DNA of 63,852 nucleotides from Gemmatimonadales bacterium. Its GTDB lineage: Bacteria > Gemmatimonadota > Gemmatimonadetes > Gemmatimonadales > GWC2-71-9. Below the pieces are notes generated by a model. That model made no database searches and was not told where the DNA came from. It saw only the letters and a list, made by a program, of their open reading frames with translations. The stretch spans positions 1 to 63,852 of the forward strand of contig JBFJCP010000027.1 of NCBI GenBank assembly GCA_041615815.1, given 5' to 3'. Every line of letters starts with the position of its first letter. The stretch's first letter is position 1. The translations under genes and the position numbers were made by a program. Positions 26,194 to 34,628 of this stretch are shown piece by piece.

Positions 26194-27989
26194 ACCGTCT
26201 CGTGGTGCGACTGGGCACCGCGTGTCTCGTGCTCGCGGTGAGCTTCGCGCCTCCAGCCCGTGCCCAGGACGACGCTGACGCCGCCTGGAATCGAGGTGAT
26301 GTCGCAACTGCCCGCCGGCTTTATGAGCGGCGTCTCGCCACGGACTCCTCGGACCAACGCGCGCTCCACCGCCTCGCTCTCATCCACGCGTGGGACGAGC
26401 GGTACCGCGAGAGCATCACGCTGTTTGACCGCCTACTGTCGCTCGCGCCGGCCAACGCGGAAGCAGCCGTCGACCGCGCCCGCGTGATCGCATGGCGCGG
26501 CGATCTGTCCGGCGCCATCGCCGCCCTCGACGACGTGCTCGATGCACGACCCACGTACGTCCCGGCCCTGCAGGCACGGGCGCAGTTCTCGGCGTGGGCA
26601 GGGGAGCTCGACGCGGCCATTCGCACGTATGATCAGCTCCTCGAGATCACACCCGAGGATCGCGAGGTCCGCGTGGCCCGCGCCCGCACGCTCGGCTGGG
26701 CCTCCAGGTTTCCGGATGCCATCGCGGCCTACGATAGCGTGCTACGCGGGGATCCCAACAACCGGGACGCCTTGCTGGGTCTCGCACGGATCCTTTCGTG
26801 GTCGGACGCTCTGGATTCGGCGGCGAGCATCTACCGAACGATGGTGAATCAGGACCCGACCGACCTCGACGCGCTGCGCGGGCTGGCGCAGACCCTGACG
26901 TGGGGCGGAAACCTGGTCGGTGGGGAGCGGGCGTGGCGACAGGTCCTCGCGACGGCACCGGATGATGTTCCCTCGCTTGTCGGACTGGCGCAGACCCTTC
27001 GGTGGCAGGGGCGGGATGCCGCAGCGCTGGAGGTGCTGGCCCGCGCCGCGGAGATCGATCCGACCGATCGCGATATGCGAGCGCAACTGCAATGGGCGCA
27101 GGCGGCTACGGCGCCCCGTGTCGGGTCATCCTTCGTGTTCGAGAGCGACTCGGACGGGAATCGCATCGGTACCTTTGCCGCGCGGGCAGCGTGGCGTCTG
27201 ATCCCTCGGGTGGAGGTCCGGGTGGAAGGGTATACGCGTGACCTCGACCAGACCGGTGCAGCACCGCTTGAGCGCACTACACGAGGCGGTTTCGTGGAGT
27301 TGTGGACGCAGTTCGAGCCTGGGTGGGCCGTTGCCGCCGGGGTCGGGGCCAGTGATGCGGACGCGCCTGGGGCGGATCCGGTTGGACGATTCGCGGCGTG
27401 GGTTGCCACTCCTGGCCGTCACCCGATCGGCGCTACCCTCCGATACACCCGGCAGGCGCTCGACGTCACCGCGCTCTTGGCGGAACGCGACGTGGATTAT
27501 CAAGAGCTCGGTGTATCGTTGCGGGGAGAACCCGCACCCGGATGGAGTGTGACGGGCGGTCTCTCCCGAGCCACGTTTGACGGGTCGGAGGGGAATCGTC
27601 GCATCGCCGGCTCGGTGGGTGCGTCCCGGCGGGTGGCGCGCTCGTGGACGTTGGGCGCCTCCTGGCGGGCCTTTGGCTATCGGCAGGATCTAAACGATGG
27701 CTACTTCGACCCGAGCTTCTACGGTCTGGGCGAGGTGACCGGCCGTTGGCAGCGGGAATTCGGGAAATGGACGTTGCTGCTGGAGGGTGCGCCCGGGGTC
27801 CAGACCCTGTCCGGTGCGGACCTGAGCGCCTCGGCGCGTGTGCGGACGGTGGTGAGCTATCGCATTGCGCCCGGAAAAGAGGTGGTGGCGTCGGCAGGCT
27901 TCTCAACGACGGGTCTGCAAGTGTTTTCGTCTGATGTCGGGACGTACCGGTATCGGACGGTCGGCTTGTCCGGGTCCTGGGTGTTTTAG
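26190..27989 (+). CDS. TPR-repeat protein with C-terminal outer-membrane beta-barrel (PgaA/BcsC/YaiO-like architecture)
   Basis: Signal peptide, about eight TPR repeats (LARxLxW), amphipathic beta strands, GYFDPSFY, C-terminal SWVF; ATGA overlap. Confidence 0.72.
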   Translation: MNRLVVRLGTACLVLAVSFAPPARAQDDADAAWNRGDVATARRLYERRLATDSSDQRALHRLALIHAWDERYRESITLFDRLLSLAPANAEAAVDRARVIAWRGDLSGAIAALDDVLDARPTYVPALQARAQFSAWAGELDAAIRTYDQLLEITPEDREVRVARARTLGWASRFPDAIAAYDSVLRGDPNNRDALLGLARILSWSDALDSAASIYRTMVNQDPTDLDALRGLAQTLTWGGNLVGGERAWRQVLATAPDDVPSLVGLAQTLRWQGRDAAALEVLARAAEIDPTDRDMRAQLQWAQAATAPRVGSSFVFESDSDGNRIGTFAARAAWRLIPRVEVRVEGYTRDLDQTGAAPLERTTRGGFVELWTQFEPGWAVAAGVGASDADAPGADPVGRFAAWVATPGRHPIGATLRYTRQALDVTALLAERDVDYQELGVSLRGEPAPGWSVTGGLSRATFDGSEGNRRIAGSVGASRRVARSWTLGASWRAFGYRQDLNDGYFDPSFYGLGEVTGRWQREFGKWTLLLEGAPGVQTLSGADLSASARVRTVVSYRIAPGKEVVASAGFSTTGLQVFSSDVGTYRYRTVGLSGSWVF

Positions 27990-28012
27990 AAGAGATACGC
28001 GGCGTGCGGGTA

Positions 28013-28047
28013 GGGGCGTCGACGCGTCTCGCGTCGTTCATCGCCCC
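28013..28047 (+). terminator. hairpin after the TPR-barrel gene
   Basis: GGGGCG...CGACGCG-TCT-CGCGTCG...CGCCCC. Confidence 0.45.
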
Positions 28048-28068
28048 TTAGCATCTCGCTCTCGTCCC

Positions 28069-28305
28069 CTAACCCCTATCCAGATAAAACGTCGGCGCAT
28101 GCTTGCCGATGACCGGTGGGGTCTGCGGTGCCACGATGCGGCCAACCGGGCGTCCTGTTGCATCCAAGAACATGTAGTCGAGCGCCGCGCGCTTCACCGA
28201 CGCTGCCCGATCCCGTGCGGGTAGGTGCGGCTTCTGGCACCGCGGTACGCATGAACTCCGACCCGGAGCTAGTGCATCTTCTATTGAGAGACCAAAGGTC
28301 GTCAT
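28069..28305 (-). pseudogene. possible gene remnant (last blade of a beta-propeller protein)
   Basis: C-terminus YMFLDATGRPVGRIVAPQTPPVIGKHAPTFYLDRG resembles the YDVFDxxGxxxGRVxLP...TVYL end of 6-bladed propeller proteins; the upstream part looks degenerate. Confidence 0.3.
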
Positions 28306-28458
28306 TCCCACCCCCCAATGCGACTGTGCCGGGTTCACTGCCCCATTCTCCTACTATCCTTAGACGCACGAGGGTGGGGGAAGGTTGCAGCGTTCGTGTC
28401 AAGGCCCGGTAAGCGTCGAGCATAGAAACGGTCGGGAGGTCCACAGCACAGGAGCTAG

Positions 28459-28493
28459 CTATCTAATCGACTGTCGAATAAGGGCTTAGATAG
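28459..28493. other. dyad site CTATCTAA-N19-TTAGATAG
   Basis: Perfect 8-bp inverted repeat with internal TAA-N4-CT-N7-AA-N4-TTA; same geometry as 19529-19555. Confidence 0.55.
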
Positions 28494-28504
28494 GTTTGCG
28501 ACGA

Positions 28505-28534
28505 TTGCGTCACCCGTGTGGCTGGTGGTATATT
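28505..28534 (+). promoter_or_regulatory. gyrA promoter (extended -10)
   Basis: TTGCGT (28505-28510), 18 nt spacer, TGG-TATATT (-10 at 28529-28534). Confidence 0.6.
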
Positions 28535-28538
28535 TAGC

Positions 28539-28575
28539 GGACCTCGTGAGGGGTCCATTTTGGCCCCTCTTTTTT
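28539..28575 (+). promoter_or_regulatory. attenuator-like terminator/antiterminator in the gyrA leader
   Basis: GGACCTC-GTGA-GGGGTCC (28539-28556) overlaps GAGGGG...CCCCTC-TTTTTT (28548-28575). Confidence 0.55.
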
Positions 28576-28596
28576 CATGACCGGACCCAGACTGCC

Positions 28597-31101
28597 ATGA
28601 CCGCTCCGAATCAACGCGAACGCATTCTCCCCAGGCTCATCGAAGACGAGATGAAGGAGTCCTTCATCGATTACTCGATGAGCGTCATCGTCCAGCGAGC
28701 CCTGCCGGATGTCCGTGACGGGCTGAAGCCGGTTCATCGCCGCATCCTGTACGCCATGAACGATCTGGGGCTCGGCCCCGCGCGGCCGTACAAGAAGAGC
28801 GCCACGGTGGTGGGTGAGGTGCTCGGTAAGTACCATCCCCACGGGGACGCTGCGGTCTATGACTCGCTCGTTCGCATGGTGCAAGATTTCTCGCTTCGCT
28901 ACCCGCTGGTGGACGGGCAGGGGAACTTCGGCTCGGTAGATGGCGACAATGCGGCTGCCTACCGGTACACGGAAGCTCGCCTCACGCCGCTGGCGGTGGC
29001 GATGCTCGAGGATATCGAGAAGAACACGGTCGGTTTCCTACCCAACTTCGACGGTCGGTTGAACGAGCCGACGGTGCTGCCTGCCAAGCTCCCCAATCTC
29101 CTGATCAACGGTTCGTCAGGCATCGCGGTCGGCATGGCGACCAATGTCCCGCCGCACAATCTCGGGGAGGTGGCGAACGCACTCAAACATCTGATCGACA
29201 AGCCCGACGCCGACGTCGCCGCGCTCCAGCGCTTGATCAAAGGTCCGGATTTCCCGACTGGCGGGTTCATTTACGGACAAGACGGGATCAACGACTGCTA
29301 CCGCGAGGGGCGCGGCCGCATCATCATGCGAGCCCGAGCCCAGGTGGAGGAGAAGGAATCATCGGGCAAGGCGCGGATCGTTGTCACCGAGATCCCCTTC
29401 CAGGTCAACAAGTCGCGCCTGATCGAACAGATCGCCGGTCTCGTTCGCTCCAAGAAGGTGACCGACATCTCCGATCTCCGCGACGAATCGGACCGCGACG
29501 GGATGCGGATCGTCATTGAGCTCAAGCGGGACGTCAATCCGACGGTTGTGCTCAATCGGCTCTACAAGCACACACAGATGCAGTCCACCTTCGGTGCCAT
29601 CATGTTGGCGCTCGTGGACGGCGTTCCGAAAGTGATGAACCTACGGGAGATCCTGCAGCATTTCGTCGATCACCGCCACGAGGTCATCACCAGCCGCACG
29701 CAGTACGACTTGGACCAGGCGCAGGCGCGAGAGCACATTCTCGAGGGCCTCAAGATTGCCGTCGATAGCATCGATGAGGTCATCAAGATCATTCGCGGGG
29801 CCAAGGACGTCCCGTCCGCGGACGCCGCCTTGCGGAAACGGTTTGAGCTCTCGGAGAAACAGAGCGAAGCGATTCTCAACATGCGGCTGTCCCGGTTGAC
29901 GGCGCTCGAGATCGACAAGTTGGAAGAGGAACTCACGGAGGTCCGGAAGCTGATCAAGGAGTTCAAGAGCATTCTGGCGTCCAAGCCCAAGCGGATGAAG
30001 ATCCTGAAAGACGAGCTTGATGAGCTCGTCACGAAATTCGGAGACGCGCGGCGGACCGAGATCGTGGCTGACGAGGGAGACTTCTCGGTGGAGGATTTGA
30101 TTGCTGAGGAGGACATGGTCATCACGATCTCGCATGCCGGGTACATCAAGCGGATTCCCGTCACGACGTACCGACGTCAACGTCGCGGGGGCCGCGGTCT
30201 CAGCGGGATGGGGACGCGTGAGGACGATTGGGTCGAGCACCTGTTCGTCGCGTCTACCCACGACTACGTGCTCTTCTTCACGCAAAATGGTCAGGTCTAT
30301 TGGCTCAAGGTGTACGACATCCCACAAGGGGGGCGCGCCGCGCGCGGTCGTCCCATCATCAACCTCATACAGATCAAGCCGGACGAGCGCATCACGGCGT
30401 TCGTGAGCGTCAGAGAATTCACGGATAGCAAGTATTTGATATTCTCCACCGCCAACGGCACCGTGAAGAAGACCGTGCTCTCGGCGTACGGGAATCCGCG
30501 TGCGAACGGCATTAACGCGATCAACATCGACAAGGGCGACGAGCTCATTGAGGTGCAGGTCACCGACGGGTCGAACGACGTGGTCCTGGCCACACGTCAC
30601 GGGATGAGCATTCGGTTCCACGAACAAGACGTGCGGGACATGGGCCGCGCGGCTACGGGAGTGCGCGGCATCCAATTGGAGCAGGGTGATCGAGTGATTG
30701 GGATGGTCGTGATTCGGCGGGAGGCTACGTTGTTGGTGGTGAGCGAGCGAGGCATGGGGAAGCGGTCGGAGATCGGCGACTATCGCGTGCAAAAACGTGG
30801 TGGCAAAGGAATCATCACCCTCAAACGTACCGAGAAGACCGGCGACACCGTAGCACTCAAGGAAGTGTTGCCCGATGACGAGCTCATGATGATCACCAAG
30901 AAGGGTGTCATTATCCGCGTGCCGGTCGACGGGATTCGCATCAGCGGACGAAACACGCAGGGTGTTCGCGTCATGAACCTCGACGCCGGGGACAAAGTGG
31001 GCGACGTGGCGCGAGTGGTGAAGGAAGACGACGCAGCTGAGTCGGAGGCCGCTGAGGCGAGCGCCAGCGGCGCCCCGGAAGGGGAGGCACAGGGTAGCTG
31101 A
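28597..31101 (+). CDS. gyrA: DNA gyrase subunit A
   Basis: [28 protein letters not shown], GyrA-box QRRGGRG, beta-pinwheel repeats, acidic tail. Confidence 0.97.
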   Translation: MTAPNQRERILPRLIEDEMKESFIDYSMSVIVQRALPDVRDGLKPVHRRILYAMNDLGLGPARPYKKSATVVGEVLGKYHPHGDAAVYDSLVRMVQDFSLRYPLVDGQGNFGSVDGDNAAAYRYTEARLTPLAVAMLEDIEKNTVGFLPNFDGRLNEPTVLPAKLPNLLINGSSGIAVGMATNVPPHNLGEVANALKHLIDKPDADVAALQRLIKGPDFPTGGFIYGQDGINDCYREGRGRIIMRARAQVEEKESSGKARIVVTEIPFQVNKSRLIEQIAGLVRSKKVTDISDLRDESDRDGMRIVIELKRDVNPTVVLNRLYKHTQMQSTFGAIMLALVDGVPKVMNLREILQHFVDHRHEVITSRTQYDLDQAQAREHILEGLKIAVDSIDEVIKIIRGAKDVPSADAALRKRFELSEKQSEAILNMRLSRLTALEIDKLEEELTEVRKLIKEFKSILASKPKRMKILKDELDELVTKFGDARRTEIVADEGDFSVEDLIAEEDMVITISHAGYIKRIPVTTYRRQRRGGRGLSGMGTREDDWVEHLFVASTHDYVLFFTQNGQVYWLKVYDIPQGGRAARGRPIINLIQIKPDERITAFVSVREFTDSKYLIFSTANGTVKKTVLSAYGNPRANGINAINIDKGDELIEVQVTDGSNDVVLATRHGMSIRFHEQDVRDMGRAATGVRGIQLEQGDRVIGMVVIRREATLLVVSERGMGKRSEIGDYRVQKRGGKGIITLKRTEKTGDTVALKEVLPDDELMMITKKGVIIRVPVDGIRISGRNTQGVRVMNLDAGDKVGDVARVVKEDDAAESEAAEASASGAPEGEAQGS

Positions 31102-31117
31102 GGCCACGCTGACGGAA

Positions 31118-32071
31118 GTGACCCTCGACGACATCCGCGAGGCAGCCCGGGGTCTCGTGGGTGTCGCCGCGCGTACGCCGCTGATGCCGGTGCCGGGACT
31201 CAGCGAGCGATTCGGTGTACCGGTGCACCTCAAGCTGGAAAACCGCCAGCCTACCGGCGCCTTCAAGCTCCGCGGTGCCTGGACGGCCGTGCGCCGGCTC
31301 CCAACATCGCAGCGGGCGCGAGGCGTCATCACGTACTCCAGCGGCAATCACGGGCAGGCAGTGGCATTTGCCGCCCAGCGAGTTGGGGTGCGAGCCGTCA
31401 TCGTCATGCCGGAAACGGCACCCCGGGCCAAGGTGCACGGCGTGAAGCGGTGGGGTGGGCAGATCGAGTTTGCGGGAACCACGTCGGAGGATCGGTACCG
31501 TCGGGCGCTCGAGATCGCCGAGACCCAAGGGCTGACGGTGATCCCACCGTACGATCACCCCGACATCATCGCCGGTCAGGGAACCGTGGGTCTTGAGATC
31601 CTCGAGGATCTCCCTTCGGTGGCCCTCGTCGCCGTTCCCATTGGGGGTGGCGGACTCGCCGCCGGGGTGGCGACAGCGCTGGCGGCGGTGCGCCCCGACG
31701 CCCGGCTCATCGGTGTGGAGCCGGAGGGTGCGGCAACCCTGACCGCCGCCCTCGCGGCTGGCGGGCCGGTTCGGTTGGAGAGCACCACGAGCGTTGCCGA
31801 CGGGTTACTTCCGCTTTCAGTGGGTACCATTACCTTCAGTCACTTGAGGGGTCGCGTGAAGAGCGTGACCGTGGCCGACTCAGCGATCATCGAAGCCACA
31901 CAATGGCTGCACACCGAGCTCGCCCTGGTGGTGGAGCCGTCGGGCGCGGCCACCACGGCCGCCCTGCGCGCCGGCCGGCTGCGTCCCGAGGGCCCGACCG
32001 TGCTCATCGTGAGCGGTGGTAACATGGACCCGGCAACGATCGAGCAACTCAGCGATTCCGACTCCCGATAA
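31118..32071 (+). CDS. PLP-dependent threonine/serine dehydratase (no regulatory domain)
   Basis: KLENRQPTGAFKLRGA, SSGNHGQA, AGQGTVGLE, PIGGGGL, VEPSGA, SGGN. Confidence 0.88.
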   Translation: MTLDDIREAARGLVGVAARTPLMPVPGLSERFGVPVHLKLENRQPTGAFKLRGAWTAVRRLPTSQRARGVITYSSGNHGQAVAFAAQRVGVRAVIVMPETAPRAKVHGVKRWGGQIEFAGTTSEDRYRRALEIAETQGLTVIPPYDHPDIIAGQGTVGLEILEDLPSVALVAVPIGGGGLAAGVATALAAVRPDARLIGVEPEGAATLTAALAAGGPVRLESTTSVADGLLPLSVGTITFSHLRGRVKSVTVADSAIIEATQWLHTELALVVEPSGAATTAALRAGRLRPEGPTVLIVSGGNMDPATIEQLSDSDSR

Positions 32072-32073
32072 CC

Positions 32074-33528
32074 ATGAGCGCAACCCGTCCCAGGATCTTG
32101 GTCGCCGATGACGACGAGACCCTGTTGCATACGCTCACCTGGATTCTTGGGGACAAGGGGTACGAGGTGATTCCGGTGCGGGGTGGGGAGAACCTCCTGC
32201 GCCATCTGCAGAATGAACGTCCCGACCTCCTGATGTTGGACATCATGATGCCGAAGGTCGATGGGTTGCAGCTCCTGGCCCAGGTGAAGCGTGACGCCCG
32301 GTGGCGCGATCTTCCCGTGCTCATGATCTCCTCCATGCCACCGGAGGAAGCCACCGTGAAGTCCCTGGGCCTGGGTGCGTCGGACTTCATCGCGAAGCCG
32401 TTTCGGGTCAAGGAGCTATTGGCTCGGGTCGCCGTGCAGCTTCGGCATGGGCGGGTCCTCGAAGAGGCCCGCAAGGAAGCAGAACTCCGAGCGGAGGAGG
32501 CCGCCGCCCGCGCGGAGATGGTGGACATTCTCCACGAGATCACCGATGCGCTTCAACCCGAGGAGATCTACCACATTCTGGCACGGCGCGTGTCCAACGT
32601 GCTCAAGATCTCTCGCTGTTCGCTGGTCCTGGCAAACGCGGAGGACGAAGCGGGGACCGTCGTGGTCACGGCGGAGAATCCGATGATCCGTAACCTGGAA
32701 ATCCGTCTCCGCCGGTACCCCGAGATCCGAAAGGCTCTCGAAACAGCGTCCTCCGTGCTGGTCACGGACATCCATACCGACCCATTGTACGCCGAGATTC
32801 GCAGTCAGTGGCGGCACGAGGGGATCACCGTGCCGATTCGATCCGTCATTGCGGTACCATTCCGGCTGAAGGAAGAGCAGGGCGGCGTCTTCTTTTTGAG
32901 GACCACGGACAAAGATCCGCCGCTCACCACCAACGATCTCGAGTTTGCGGAAAAGGTGATTAGCTCGGCCGTTAACGCGCTCGAAAAGGCCTACGTCCTG
33001 CAGACCGCGCAGTCGGACAAAGAGCGATATCAGGTGCTGGCGACAACGGACGCACTAACCGGATGTCTCAACAGGCGCGCCCTGATCGACAAGTTGGAGG
33101 CCGAGTTTGGCCGAGTACAGCGATATGACGTGGCGGTGAGTATTCTGCTGATTGATGTGGACCGCTTCAAGTTCATCAATGACACGTTCGGACATCTGGT
33201 TGGTGACAAGGTGTTGAAGCAGCTGGGCGAGCTGCTCCGCCGGGAGGTACGTACCGTGGACGTCGTGGCGCGATATGGGGGTGAAGAGTTCGTCATCGTC
33301 CTCCCCGAGACCGTTGCCGAGGGCGCCTTGTCGTTTGCCGAACGTATCCGCATCAAAGTGGAGGAGCACCGCTTCGCCGATGGGGACACGCCATTGGCAG
33401 CCACCGTGTCGATTGGGGTCGCCAGCATCCCCCCCGCCGAAGTAGGTTCCCCTGAGGATTTGATCGCGTTGGCAGACGAAGCGTTGTACCGAGCGAAGAA
33501 CGAAGGGCGAAATCTGGTCCGATCATGA
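32074..33528 (+). CDS. diguanylate cyclase (REC-GAF-GGDEF)
   Basis: REC (VADDD, LDIMMP, KPF), GAF-like middle region, DALTGCLNRR, I-site RTVD, RYGGEEF. Confidence 0.92.
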   Translation: MSATRPRILVADDDETLLHTLTWILGDKGYEVIPVRGGENLLRHLQNERPDLLMLDIMMPKVDGLQLLAQVKRDARWRDLPVLMISSMPPEEATVKSLGLGASDFIAKPFRVKELLARVAVQLRHGRVLEEARKEAELRAEEAAARAEMVDILHEITDALQPEEIYHILARRVSNVLKISRCSLVLANAEDEAGTVVVTAENPMIRNLEIRLRRYPEIRKALETASSVLVTDIHTDPLYAEIRSQWRHEGITVPIRSVIAVPFRLKEEQGGVFFLRTTDKDPPLTTNDLEFAEKVISSAVNALEKAYVLQTAQSDKERYQVLATTDALTGCLNRRALIDKLEAEFGRVQRYDVAVSILLIDVDRFKFINDTFGHLVGDKVLKQLGELLRREVRTVDVVARYGGEEFVIVLPETVAEGALSFAERIRIKVEEHRFADGDTPLAATVSIGVASIPPAEVGSPEDLIALADEALYRAKNEGRNLVRS

Positions 33529-34610
33529 GTCGGCGATGTCCACGCTGTAAAACGGTCTACGCCGGTGAGGCACGCTTCTGTCCCAAGGATGGAAGTCCCC
33601 TCGTTGACGTCGGGGGAACGGGGGGAAAACCCATCACACCCGCTCCCTCACCAGCGGATGCCGCGCAAAAGACGGAGATCCGAAAGGTGGCGATCCCGAA
33701 GCCCGAACCGCGGATGAGCGGGGCGGGGGCCCTGGTGGGTCAAGTATTGGAGGGCCGCTACCGGGTGCTGCGGAAGCTGGGCGAAGGTGGGATGTCGTAC
33801 GTCTACGAGGCGAGCGACGTGACCACCGGGCAAAGCGTGGCCATCAAGGTGCTGATTCCGCGACTGGGCCGGGATCAAAGCTCAGTGGAGCGACTACGCC
33901 GCGAGGCCGGTCTGGCTATGCGCCTCGACCACCCCAACGTGTGCCGTATCCTCCGGTTCGGCGAAACCGAGGGAGGGCTCATCTATCTGGTGATGCCCTA
34001 TCTCCACGGCGAGCTGCTGGCCGATCGCGAACAAAAAGTGGGGCCGATGCCCCCGGACGTGGGTGTGGACTTCCTCGTCCAGACCTGTGCAGGGCTCCAC
34101 CACGCCCATCAGATGAACATCATTCATCGAGACCTCAAGCCCGAGAATATCATGCTGATCTCCGCGGGCGATGGGCGAGAGCGCGCTGTCATCATGGACT
34201 TCGGCTTGGCCAAGGAGAGCCGCGCCGACCCGGTGCTCTCCAAGCTCACGGCGACCGGGATCATCCTGGGCACCCCAGAGTTCATGAGTCCCGAACAGAT
34301 CCGCGGGCACGATCTCGACGCTCGGAGTGACGTGTACGCCCTGGGGATCGTCGCGTTCGAGATGCTCACCGCCAAGCTCCCCTTCGAAGGCCGCACGCCG
34401 CAGGAGATGATGCTGTCGCGTCTGCGGGGGAAACCAAAGCCCCTGCGGAGGGTCCGGCCCGACCTCCCGGCCGAACTGGAATCGACGCTCATGAAGTCGT
34501 TGGAGAACGACCCGAGTAATCGCTACGCCACCGCTCGGGCGTTTGGGCTGGCGCTGGCGACTTGCGCAGACGAGGCGGAGCGCCGACGGCTCGAAGCCCT
34601 CCTACAATAA
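33525..34610 (+). CDS. Hanks-type Ser/Thr protein kinase with N-terminal zinc ribbon
   Basis: CPRC...FCPKDG; GEGGMS, VAIK, HRDLKPEN, DFGLA, GTPEFMSPEQ. Confidence 0.92.
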   Translation: MSRRCPRCKTVYAGEARFCPKDGSPLVDVGGTGGKPITPAPSPADAAQKTEIRKVAIPKPEPRMSGAGALVGQVLEGRYRVLRKLGEGGMSYVYEASDVTTGQSVAIKVLIPRLGRDQSSVERLRREAGLAMRLDHPNVCRILRFGETEGGLIYLVMPYLHGELLADREQKVGPMPPDVGVDFLVQTCAGLHHAHQMNIIHRDLKPENIMLISAGDGRERAVIMDFGLAKESRADPVLSKLTATGIILGTPEFMSPEQIRGHDLDARSDVYALGIVAFEMLTAKLPFEGRTPQEMMLSRLRGKPKPLRRVRPDLPAELESTLMKSLENDPSNRYATARAFGLALATCADEAERRRLEALLQ

Positions 34611-34628
34611 GACCCCAGCAGAAACAGG

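Noticed and set aside
28597..31101. parC instead of gyrA, given that gyrB is not adjacent
   Set aside because: An intact GyrA-box (QRRGGRG) and acidic tail indicate gyrase
29641..31347. Long antisense or alternative-frame ORFs (also 13855-15219, 18373-19410, 23484-24746, 46947-48413, 52076-53170)
   Set aside because: Shadow ORFs expected in high-GC DNA; they overlap better-supported genes and show no motifs
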